The translations under genes and the position numbers were made by a program. The notes beneath the pieces are model-generated. The model was not told where the DNA came from. It did not search any database and was given only the letters and a program-made list of their open reading frames with translations. 44,918 nt of DNA from an uncultured Verrucomicrobiales bacterium (GTDB taxonomy: Bacteria; Verrucomicrobiota; Verrucomicrobiia; Verrucomicrobiales; Akkermansiaceae), in NCBI GenBank assembly GCA_964445335.1, contig CAYUKP010000001.1:1-44918 (forward strand). The letters run 5' to 3'. Shown here piece by piece: positions 8,611 through 16,740 of this stretch (position 1 is its first letter; every line of letters starts with the position of its first letter).

Positions 8611-9677
8611 GGAACTTTTCTGAAAATAGTGCTATTTAAAAAACATTCTAAAGTGAGAAAAACGAGGGCAAGGTAGGCAAATGGAACGAAGAGTTCCTTG
8701 TAATCCGTAAAGCTCAGAGATTGGATCTCACTGCGCTCAAGGGTGTCAATTTCTTGATAAATATTAGCGAGGGATTTGGCGTTGCGGGCTTCAAAGAATC
8801 GTCCGCCTGTTTCCTTTGCAATGGCCTTAAGTGTTCTGGTGTCTGCACGGTTTGTCCCTAAAGCAGAGCTAATGAAGGCGCCAAACAGATTACTCTGACT
8901 TTGAACATTATTTCCTCCCGCGACGGCGATGGTATAAATTTTTATCCCCCATTCTTTTGCTAGCTTAGCGGCCTCAATGGGATCTCTGATGCCAGCTGTT
9001 TGTTCTCCGTCTGTAAGTAGGATCATCACCTTGCTTTTGAGTTCATATGGGTCGTCTAGCTCTTCGGATTGTCGTCTCATGACTTCCTCTGCCTTCTCCA
9101 GTCTGGCGGATGCCAGAGCGATGGCGTCTCCGATAGCGGTGCCGTCTTCTTCAGATCGAGGTTGGGCGAGTTGTACGGTTTCTAGGAATTTAGGGAGAGC
9201 TCCGTGAGCTAAGGTGAGAGGACTTTTAGTCTCAGCGTATCGTGCAAAGGAGATCATCCCGATCAGATCATTGGGGCGCCCCTCTAGTTTGGCTGCTTTG
9301 TCCCCCAAGACAAATTGTTTGAAGACGTTTTTGACGATTTCTAACCGGTTGAGGTTTTGTCCTCCAAACGTCATTTCCGCCCCCATACTACTAGAGCGGT
9401 CGATTACCATTTCGATGGCAATTCCTTCATTGATTTCGCGAATCTGCTCTACGCCTTTCTGTGGTCGGGCGAGTGCAATGATCAGAAAGCTAATCGCTAT
9501 TGTTCTGAAGGCAGAAGGCAGAAAGCCTAGGCGTTGTTTAAGGGAGCGTTCTGGGGTCTTAGCGTGTGCGATGGTAGAAAACCTGATGGCGGGCTTATGT
9601 ATCTTTTGCCTCCGAAACCACCATAGGATGGGGAGGAAGGCAAATAGCAAAAGGGCATATGGAGAGTGAAAAGTCAT
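8607..9677 (-). CDS. batA: BatA-like VWA membrane protein
   Basis: 356 aa with N-terminal TM segments. MIDAS motif 'VIDRSSSM', plus '..ILLTDGEQTAG..'. C-terminal TM present. ATGA overlap with the upstream gene at 9674-9677. Confidence 0.85.
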   Translation of the reverse strand: MTFHSPYALLLFAFLPILWWFRRQKIHKPAIRFSTIAHAKTPERSLKQRLGFLPSAFRTIAISFLIIALARPQKGVEQIREINEGIAIEMVIDRSSSMGAEMTFGGQNLNRLEIVKNVFKQFVLGDKAAKLEGRPNDLIGMISFARYAETKSPLTLAHGALPKFLETVQLAQPRSEEDGTAIGDAIALASARLEKAEEVMRRQSEELDDPYELKSKVMILLTDGEQTAGIRDPIEAAKLAKEWGIKIYTIAVAGGNNVQSQSNLFGAFISSALGTNRADTRTLKAIAKETGGRFFEARNAKSLANIYQEIDTLERSEIQSLSFTDYKELFVPFAYLALVFLTLECFLNSTIFRKVP

Positions 9678-10666
9678 ATGGTAGGTTGCTGGGTTTCTAT
9701 AATAAAGGCTTTGCAGGCATCAAAGGTGTTTTGGATGTCTTGGTTTGCAGGTTTATGTGCTGCAAACTTTACCAAATCACATTGCGTGAGGAAGTTCTTT
9801 AAGAGCTGTTGTTGTTCTCTCGTAAGGGTTTGTCCCATTTTGGGATCTGTGAGAAACTCTTCTGTGGTTTGCTCAGGAGCTTGGATGGTGAATCTGCGCT
9901 CAATGTAGTGTCGTAAGATATCCGAAATTTTTTGATAGAAGAGCTTGTATTCCCCCTTCTCTGCATGACCGCTTTGGATTAATGCTTCGAGTGCCGCAAA
10001 GGCGGTTTCATGTGCAGGAATGATACGGACTTTGACTTCACGGTTCTTCCACCATTTGAAAAGCAGAAGGAGAAGGACAATACTACCAATGGCACTTAGA
10101 CTATAAAGAACGATTGTTTGCCACCTTACTGGAGATCCTGCGAGTTCAACGGGGGGAGCAATGTCATGAATTTCCAAATTTTGTTTATCAGTAGGAAGCA
10201 GAGACGAAATGGTTAGCTTGATTTCATCCGTATTTATCCGATGGATTTTGGATTCAGGATCGCCTTTCTTAGTAAACTGAAATTCCATGGAGGGAATGAT
10301 ATATTCACCTGATAAGAAAGGCTCCAAAGTATAGGTTTGGGCTGTGAGAATATTGCCACCTTCTATGAGTTGAGAGGGATGCTCTTGAAAGTCGATAATG
10401 CCGAATTGGTTGAGCTTCTCATTAAAAGAAGGCATCGTTATTTCGTAACCTTCCTCTGCGATGACCTCAGTCTTAAGCAGAACTTTGTCGGCTAGGGTTG
10501 GGTCTTTTTTATCTGTTTTGACAACGACTTTCACAGGGCCTCGTTCGACTACCGTTTTCTTACCGTTTTCGAACGGGTCGACCGTGACTGGGGTATCAGC
10601 CTCCTCTTGGCAAGAGCACAAGAAGAGGTAACTCAATAGGAGAGAAATGTATAGGGTCGGCTTCAT
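9674..10666 (-). CDS. lipoprotein with a BatD-like beta-sandwich N-domain, one TM helix and a DUF4381-like C-domain
   Basis: 330 aa with a lipobox-like N-terminus (LLSYLFLCSC). Residues ~30-170 have the alternating beta-strand pattern seen in BatD modules. The TM segment is IVLYSLSAIGSIVLLLLLF. The C-terminal part (..FYQKISDILRHYIERRFTIQAPEQTTEEFL..CDLVKFAAHKP..) matches my recollection of DUF4381. The gene occupies the DUF58-to-BatA slot usual for DUF4381. Confidence 0.6.
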   Translation of the reverse strand: MKPTLYISLLLSYLFLCSCQEEADTPVTVDPFENGKKTVVERGPVKVVVKTDKKDPTLADKVLLKTEVIAEEGYEITMPSFNEKLNQFGIIDFQEHPSQLIEGGNILTAQTYTLEPFLSGEYIIPSMEFQFTKKGDPESKIHRINTDEIKLTISSLLPTDKQNLEIHDIAPPVELAGSPVRWQTIVLYSLSAIGSIVLLLLLFKWWKNREVKVRIIPAHETAFAALEALIQSGHAEKGEYKLFYQKISDILRHYIERRFTIQAPEQTTEEFLTDPKMGQTLTREQQQLLKNFLTQCDLVKFAAHKPANQDIQNTFDACKAFIIETQQPTI

Positions 10667-10669
10667 AGC

Positions 10670-11977
10670 TTAATCTTCCTTGGGTTTGAATGCGTCTTGG
10701 TGAATGACGACATCATACTCATCCTTTAATTGTTGGAGGAACTCCCCTTGCATTTTTTGTTCCTGTTGCATCTGGAGGAGTTGGCGGATCTGGGGGCGTA
10801 CTTCTTCAAAGGTTTGTTGGGAGCCTGGCTTTTGGGTTTCGACAAGAAAGACGTATGAACCAGAGTCGGTCTCAAAGACCGAATTACAGACAGTGCCTGC
10901 TTTTACATTTTTTAGAAGTGAGAGTTGTTGAGCTGAAAGGTCGATCCCTGGTAAACGATATCCAACCTTTAAAGTCATCTCAGAGACTTCTTCGAGACCT
11001 TCGGTCGATGGGGTCTCTTGCAGAGCTTTGAGAATTGCTTCCGCTTCTTCTTTTCTCTCCCGCTTGATCGCCTTTAAGGTGATGGTATGTGGAGTGGTGA
11101 ACTCTTCCTTGCGTGTTTCATAGGAGGTCTTGACTTCTTGTTCTGTGATTTGAGGAGTCTTGGCTTGTTGGGTTGCCATGATGTGGCTTATGAGAAAGTC
11201 TTTTTCGAGTTGCTTGATCTTCTGTCGGATGTTCGGAGATTGGTGCAGTTTTTCTTGGATTGCCTTTTGGTAGAGAGTCTCTTGCGCAACGTATGTACCG
11301 AGAAATTGAACTTTTTGCTCTGCGGTATTGAATTGTTTATGCATGTTTTCCCTTTGTACTTCTAATTGAGCTTCAGGTATACGACCTTTGAGCGTATCCA
11401 TTTGACGCTCTACGATAATCTCGATTTCCCTATCGAGTTCACTTGCTCTAATTTTTCGATTTCCGATTTCGGCTACAACAATGTCGTCTACCGGTTCATT
11501 TAATCCAACACGTCCTTTGAGTTCGTTCTGTAAGGTGGCAAACTTTCCGAGAGATTCTAGAGAAGTTTGCACCATCACATCGATTTCATCTTTTAGCTCC
11601 GCGCCCCCTGTGAGAGCTTCAGCCCGATACAAGGCAGAGAGGGCGTCTTCATGAGATTCAAGCTTTTGGTAAACAGAGGCTATACGATACCAAACTTTGG
11701 CAGGGGTAAGGTCTCCCTCGCTTTTTAGATACTCTTGCCAGACTGTAATGGCACTTTCATTGAGGTCTTGCTGTTCGAGTTTGAGAGCGAGTTTCTTGAG
11801 AATCTCCGCTGAAGTTTTCGTTTGAGAGGTAGGTTCGGTAGAGAAGGTGTGCCATACGAGTGCACCCACAAGCCCTGTGATGAGGAGTAGGAGAATGAGT
11901 TCTCCTCTTCGTTTGGGGTGAGGGGAAGTTTCTCTTGGTGGTAGTTTAAGATCTAAAGGTTGATCTGAAGAGTTCAT
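10670..11977 (-). CDS. membrane-anchored TPR plus SurA/PrsA-like (parvulin-type, possibly degenerate) peptidyl-prolyl isomerase/chaperone
   Basis: 435 aa with an N-terminal TM segment (LILLLLITGLVGALVW) and a TPR-like stretch. A SurA-N-like segment follows (..VVAEIGNRKIRASELDREIEIIVERQ..). The C-terminal parvulin-like region reads ..SGSYVFLVETQKPGSQQTFEEVRPQIRQLL... The call rests on pattern recognition only. Confidence 0.5.
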   Translation of the reverse strand: MNSSDQPLDLKLPPRETSPHPKRRGELILLLLITGLVGALVWHTFSTEPTSQTKTSAEILKKLALKLEQQDLNESAITVWQEYLKSEGDLTPAKVWYRIASVYQKLESHEDALSALYRAEALTGGAELKDEIDVMVQTSLESLGKFATLQNELKGRVGLNEPVDDIVVAEIGNRKIRASELDREIEIIVERQMDTLKGRIPEAQLEVQRENMHKQFNTAEQKVQFLGTYVAQETLYQKAIQEKLHQSPNIRQKIKQLEKDFLISHIMATQQAKTPQITEQEVKTSYETRKEEFTTPHTITLKAIKRERKEEAEAILKALQETPSTEGLEEVSEMTLKVGYRLPGIDLSAQQLSLLKNVKAGTVCNSVFETDSGSYVFLVETQKPGSQQTFEEVRPQIRQLLQMQQEQKMQGEFLQQLKDEYDVVIHQDAFKPKED

Positions 11978-12852
11978 TATTTTTTGCGTTCCCGGGTTCT
12001 AAAGAATTTGATTAATTCGCGAAGGTAATCTTGTTCAGTTTGGATGTCTACTTGGGCAATGTTGAGTTTCTGAAAGAGACGGCTAAGCCTCTGTGAGCGT
12101 GAGGCTCCGAGGGCGGAATATTTTTTACGAAAGGCTGAACTGCTGGTATCGATTTCTATTATTTCGCCTGTTTCGGCATCTTCTATCTCTACTAAGCCAA
12201 CATTTGGCATGTTGAGTTCGAGAGGGTCTGTGATCGATATTGCGGTGAGATCATGTCGTTTTCCTACAGTCTTGAGTGCGTTTTCAAACCCTTCTTCGAG
12301 GAAGTCTGAAATGAGAAAAACAACGGTTTTACGCCTCGTGACTTTGCCTAGATATTCTACGGCGGTGGCTAGATTTGTGCCCTTTTTCTCAGGTTTGAAG
12401 CTTAGTAGTTCTTTGATTAAGCGTAAGACATGAGAGGTGCCTTTGTCTGGAGGGATAAAGAGTTCGACTTCCTCGGTGAAGATGATTAGTCCGATTTTAT
12501 CGTTGTTCTTGATCGCAGAGAACGCCAGAAGAGCACAAAGCTCAGCTGCGACTTCATTCTTGAGTTTCTCCTTACTACCAAAGTCTCCAGAGGCGGATAA
12601 GTCCACCGCAAACATTACTGTGAGTTCGCGTTCCTCACGGAAGCGCTTGACGTAAGGTTCCCCCATACGTGCGGTAACATTCCAGTCAATGGAGCGTATT
12701 TCATCACCGATTTGGTATTCGCGCACCTCCTCAAACTCCATGCCTTGCCCCTTGAAGACACTACGATACTCTCCTGCAAGAGCATCGTTAACCGCCTTGC
12801 TGGTATAGATCTGGATGTATCTAACTTTCTTGGCTAATTCCTTAGAAATCAT
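11977..12852 (-). CDS. DUF58 family protein (VWA-like, MoxR partner)
   Basis: 291 aa. The DUF58 hallmark '..IRSIDWNVTAR..' is followed by the MIDAS-like 'AVDLSASGD'. Lies immediately after the MoxR gene. Its stop overlaps the next gene's start (TAATG at 11975-11979). Confidence 0.88.
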   Translation of the reverse strand: MISKELAKKVRYIQIYTSKAVNDALAGEYRSVFKGQGMEFEEVREYQIGDEIRSIDWNVTARMGEPYVKRFREERELTVMFAVDLSASGDFGSKEKLKNEVAAELCALLAFSAIKNNDKIGLIIFTEEVELFIPPDKGTSHVLRLIKELLSFKPEKKGTNLATAVEYLGKVTRRKTVVFLISDFLEEGFENALKTVGKRHDLTAISITDPLELNMPNVGLVEIEDAETGEIIEIDTSSSAFRKKYSALGASRSQRLSRLFQKLNIAQVDIQTEQDYLRELIKFFRTRERKK

Positions 12853-12874
12853 GATCTCACAGCTCGCAGGTTCT

Positions 12875-13864
12875 TTACGGCACAGGGACAGTTGCCAGTA
12901 CTTGCTCTACAATATCTTCCGAAGTCATTTCCTCGGCTTCAGCCTCGTATGTTAGAGCAATACGATGGCGGAGGACATCTGGTGCAATCGACTTTACATC
13001 TTGTGGCGTCACATATCCACGCCCTTCGAGAAGCGCGTGTGCACGAGAGGCCATGGTCAAGAAGATGGTGGCACGAGGAGAGGCTCCGTAGCGGATAAAC
13101 GGTTTGATGGAGAGTCCGTAATCCTGAGGGTTACGGGTGGCTTCAATGAGGTCAACGATGTAGTCTTCGACTTTCTCATCCATATAAATCTCATCGGTTA
13201 ACTCACGGAGTCTGATGACATCTTCAGGGGTGATGATAGGTTCTACACTCAGCTTAGGCTTAGAACTTGCCATGCGACGTAAGATCTCACGTTCTTCTGC
13301 TTTTTTGGGATACTCGACCTTGAGCTTCATCATAAAGCGGTCAACCTGAGCTTCTGGAAGAGGGTAGGTGCCCTCTTGCTCTGCTGGGTTTTGGGTTGCG
13401 AGGACGAGAAAAGGGTCATCAAGTTGGAAGGTTTCATCTCCGATGGTCACTTGTCCTTCTTGCATTGCCTCTAGGAGAGCACTTTGCACTTTAGCTGGTG
13501 CTCGGTTGATCTCATCCGCGAGAACGACATTAGCGAAGATCGGACCTTGCTTGATCGAAAAGTCTCCAGACTTAGGGTTGTAAATCTGGGTGCCTACGAC
13601 ATCCGCAGGGAGTAGGTCAGGAGTAAATTGGATTCTACGGAAGCTCGCCTGAACCATTTGAGCCAGAGTTGTTACGGAGAGGGTTTTAGCTAACCCTGGT
13701 AGGCCCTCGATGAGGACGTGCTGGTTGCATAACAATGCCATGATAAGGCGATCGAGAAGGACTTCTTGTCCGACAATGACCTTATGAGACTCTCTTCGAA
13801 TTTGGGAGATGATGGCGCTCTCTTTTTCCACTCGCTCTCCAATGTTTTTAACATCTACGGGCAT
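12875..13864 (-). CDS. moxR: MoxR-family AAA+ ATPase
   Basis: 329 aa. Walker A is 'GLPGLAKT' and Walker B is 'VVLADEINRA'. The stretch '..ATQNPAEQEGTYPLPEAQVDRF..' and the C-terminal ..ATVPVP are typical of the MoxR/MRP subfamily. Confidence 0.93.
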   Translation of the reverse strand: MPVDVKNIGERVEKESAIISQIRRESHKVIVGQEVLLDRLIMALLCNQHVLIEGLPGLAKTLSVTTLAQMVQASFRRIQFTPDLLPADVVGTQIYNPKSGDFSIKQGPIFANVVLADEINRAPAKVQSALLEAMQEGQVTIGDETFQLDDPFLVLATQNPAEQEGTYPLPEAQVDRFMMKLKVEYPKKAEEREILRRMASSKPKLSVEPIITPEDVIRLRELTDEIYMDEKVEDYIVDLIEATRNPQDYGLSIKPFIRYGASPRATIFLTMASRAHALLEGRGYVTPQDVKSIAPDVLRHRIALTYEAEAEEMTSEDIVEQVLATVPVP

Positions 13865-14260
13865 AATCTATCTTTTATAGTTGGTATTAAGAAAGGGTAT
13901 TTATAAGGAGTAGCGCAATCCAAAAAGGTTTCTGTTTACCCTTTTATTAATTTTTTATTTTACTTCAGATGTTGAATTACTGCTCAGCTCTTTTGATGAA
14001 ATTTTAGCCTCTAAGCCTGCTACCACCAGTCCCTATTTAATAATCTGGTGAAACTCTCTACTATTGCATGGCAGTTTCTGAGGGGATTGGGCTGCAATCT
14101 TGTGAGGTTGTTTCAAAGAACCAATTTAGATCAGGTTGCAATTGTATATAAAGAGCATATGAAAGCTAACGTTTGAGGGGGATAGCTTGTCAGCACCGCA
14201 GCAGGCCTGACTTACGTTTAGACTTGGAGAGATGCTTTAGTATTCTTTGGTGGGTATCTA

Positions 14261-14296
14261 CTCTGCTGACCATTGCCATGTCAGCAGAGGTTTTAT
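14261..14296 (+). terminator. orphan plus-strand hairpin plus U-rich tail (candidate terminator of an unannotated transcript)
   Basis: Perfect 10-bp stem ctctgctgac (14261-14270) / gtcagcagag (14280-14289) with a 9-nt loop. It is followed by gttttat on the plus strand only. No plus-strand ORF of 60 aa or more lies upstream. Confidence 0.35.
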
Positions 14297-14305
14297 CGAA
14301 TGTTT

Positions 14306-14334
14306 AGAAAAAAGGAAGGCTCCCATATGGGAGC
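14306..14334 (-). terminator. intrinsic terminator of proS
   Basis: Stem gctccc (14319-14324) / gggagc (14329-14334) with an atat loop, starting 7 nt after the proS stop. On the minus strand it is followed by CUUCCUUUUUUCU. Confidence 0.5.
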
Positions 14335-14340
14335 GTATTC

Positions 14341-15870
14341 TTAGTAGCTTCTAGCCCAAAGAACCCATTGAGTTGTGTTACGGCCTGTCAGGATACAACT
14401 GGAAGCACCTTTTTGCATTTCTTGTGGGATACAGCGGATGGAGATTTTATGCTTTTTCGCAAGGGTTTCCTCTTCTTCGACAGATCCCGCCCATGGACAG
14501 AGAATCCACTTAGGTTGTGTGGTTTCGACATCTCCCCAGTGAGACTCAAAGGTGTCTAAGTCTTGACATTCGATGATGTTTTCATCTCTTAATTTGGTAG
14601 CCTTTGAGAGAATGGAATCCTGAATATCATTAAGGATGTCGGCTACTTCTTGAATGAAGTCTTCTCTTGGAATGAAAGATTTCTCATTGGAAGGTTTATC
14701 TCTTCTAGAGACACAGACTTTACGAGATTCGATGTCTTTTGGTCCAATTTCGACACGGATTGGAGCGCCTTTTTTCACCCATTCCCACTTTTTAGTGCCA
14801 CCATGGATGTCTCTAGTGTCTACATGAACCTTGAGAGGTGCACCTGCATACTGTACTTTGAGGCGTAGAGTCTTGGCTAGAGCTTGGCAGGAATCAAGGA
14901 TCGCATCTTTGGTTTCTTCCTTAGGCGTAATAGGAATAATAATGACTTGTTGAGATGCAATACGAGGGGGAAGGACTAGCCCATCATCATCAGAGTGTGC
15001 CATGATAAGGGAACCGATCAACCTAGTTGATACGCCCCAACTTGTGGTGTGAGCGTATTGCTTGTCATTGTTTTTATCCAGAAACGTTATTTCTTGGGCT
15101 TTGGCGAAGTTTTGTCCAAGATAATGTGAGGTGCCCGCTTGGATAGCTTTTTTATCTTGAACCATGGCCTCGATGGTGAAGGTGTTTTCTGCTCCAGGGA
15201 ACCTCTCAGCTTCGGATTTTTCTCCAGGAATGACAGGGATAGCGAGAACGTCGCGAGCAAAGTCATGATAGATCCCATGCATGAGCTTGGTTTCCTGCAG
15301 AGCTTCTTCACGAGTTGCGTGGGCGGTGTGCCCTTCTTGCCAGAGGAATTCCGCTGTTCTGAGGAAGAGACGAGTTCTCATTTCCCATCTCATGACATTA
15401 GCCCATTGATTGATTAGGATAGGGAGATCACGGTAGGATTCGACCCAACGGGAGAAGGCTGATCCGATAATGGTTTCAGAAGTAGGTCTGATCACATATG
15501 GTTCGGTGAGCTCACCAGTAGGAATCATTTTTGTTTTACCAGATGTTTCGTCCTTCTGTGGCTCAAGTCTGTGATGGGTGACGACTGCACATTCTGTCGC
15601 AAACCCTTCAGCATGTTCGGCTTCCTTTTCAAGGTGGGATACAGGGATAAGAAGTGGGAAGTAAGCGTTTTCGTGACCTGTTTCTTTAAACCTGAGGTCA
15701 AGGTGACTTTTGATATTTTCCCAAATCGCATAACCCCAAGGCTTAATAATCATACAACCTCTGGTTTCTGAAGTTTCAGCAAGATCTGCTCCTTTGATAA
15801 CTTGTTGGTACCATTCAGGGAAATTTTCAGATCTGGTGGGAGTGATTGCGTTCTTAGGAGCTTTTGCCAT
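14341..15870 (-). CDS. proS: prolyl-tRNA synthetase, archaeal/eukaryote-like type (no INS editing domain)
   Basis: 509 aa. The N-terminus '..FPEWYQQVIKGADLAE..' is typical of this ProRS type. Class II motifs are present. The C-terminal domain ends in the conserved terminal Tyr (..WARSY). Confidence 0.92.
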   Translation of the reverse strand: MAKAPKNAITPTRSENFPEWYQQVIKGADLAETSETRGCMIIKPWGYAIWENIKSHLDLRFKETGHENAYFPLLIPVSHLEKEAEHAEGFATECAVVTHHRLEPQKDETSGKTKMIPTGELTEPYVIRPTSETIIGSAFSRWVESYRDLPILINQWANVMRWEMRTRLFLRTAEFLWQEGHTAHATREEALQETKLMHGIYHDFARDVLAIPVIPGEKSEAERFPGAENTFTIEAMVQDKKAIQAGTSHYLGQNFAKAQEITFLDKNNDKQYAHTTSWGVSTRLIGSLIMAHSDDDGLVLPPRIASQQVIIIPITPKEETKDAILDSCQALAKTLRLKVQYAGAPLKVHVDTRDIHGGTKKWEWVKKGAPIRVEIGPKDIESRKVCVSRRDKPSNEKSFIPREDFIQEVADILNDIQDSILSKATKLRDENIIECQDLDTFESHWGDVETTQPKWILCPWAGSVEEEETLAKKHKISIRCIPQEMQKGASSCILTGRNTTQWVLWARSY

Positions 15871-15953
15871 GACTAAATATTTAAAGGTTTATTTCTTATC
15901 AGTCAGGTATGTCATTAGGCAATACGAAAATACACTGACCTTTTTGTCATAAA

Positions 15954-16727
15954 TTAGATCGATATGTGCTCGATGTGCGGTGAGGAAATTTGAGGGCACA
16001 AAGTTCTAAGTAAATTGGGCTTATTTATAGGGTTTCCAGAAGTGAAAAATGAGATTTTCTTTTGTTCTTGGGGGCTTAGAGAGGGAGCGTAGAGACGCTT
16101 CACTTGCTTTGCGATTGCCTCTCCAGTATCAATGAGAGTGATGTGAGGATATAAGCGATGGATTTCCCCTTTTAGGAATGGATAGTGACTGCACCCTAGC
16201 ACAATCGTATCGACTTTGTTTTCAATCATTGGCTTGGCGTAGAGGTGGATTGCCTCGTGTGTTTCTGACCCAGATAAGATGCCTTGTTCGACAAGGGTGA
16301 CAAATTTGGGGCATGCTTGAGTGTAAACCGTGGCTTTAGAAGCGTGTGTGGAGATGAGTTTATGAAACTTCTCGCCCGTAAGCGATGCCTTCGTAGCAAA
16401 GATTCCTATTCTTTTAGTTTGGGATTGTTGAACTGCAGGTTTGATTCCAGGTTCCATTCCGACAATGGGAATCGTGAATCTCTCACGTAATTGGGTGATG
16501 CATGCAATAGTAGCAGAATTACATGCGATAACGATTAGAGTGGCTCCTTGTCTGATGAGGAAGTGAATGAGTTTGTCTACTCTTTCGAGAATTTGAGCAT
16601 AACTTTTTTCTCCATAAGGGCACCATGCGGTATCTCCCACGTAGAGAATAGATTCTTGAGGCAAGAGTTTACATACCTCATTGAGGACAGAGAGCCCACC
16701 GTTTCCTGAGTCTAGAATGCCAATCAT
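15954..16727 (-). CDS. murI: glutamate racemase
   Basis: 257 aa. It has 'GILDSGNGGLSV' at the N-terminus, and the two catalytic Cys contexts '..VIACNSAT..' and '..VLGCSHYP..'. Begins 13 nt after the stop of the upstream Bat-type gene. Confidence 0.92.
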   Translation of the reverse strand: MIGILDSGNGGLSVLNEVCKLLPQESILYVGDTAWCPYGEKSYAQILERVDKLIHFLIRQGATLIVIACNSATIACITQLRERFTIPIVGMEPGIKPAVQQSQTKRIGIFATKASLTGEKFHKLISTHASKATVYTQACPKFVTLVEQGILSGSETHEAIHLYAKPMIENKVDTIVLGCSHYPFLKGEIHRLYPHITLIDTGEAIAKQVKRLYAPSLSPQEQKKISFFTSGNPINKPNLLRTLCPQISSPHIEHISI

Positions 16728-16740
16728 CGGATAGAGGGGG

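Noticed and set aside
13932-14215. SRP (4.5S) RNA-like fragments: CTGTTTACC at about 13932, and GTCAGG..GCTGAC on the minus strand at about 14190-14212
   Set aside because: The pieces are 250 nt apart. The hairpin lacks the GGAA tetraloop and the AGCAGC symmetric-loop motif of SRP helix 8. The resemblance is superficial.
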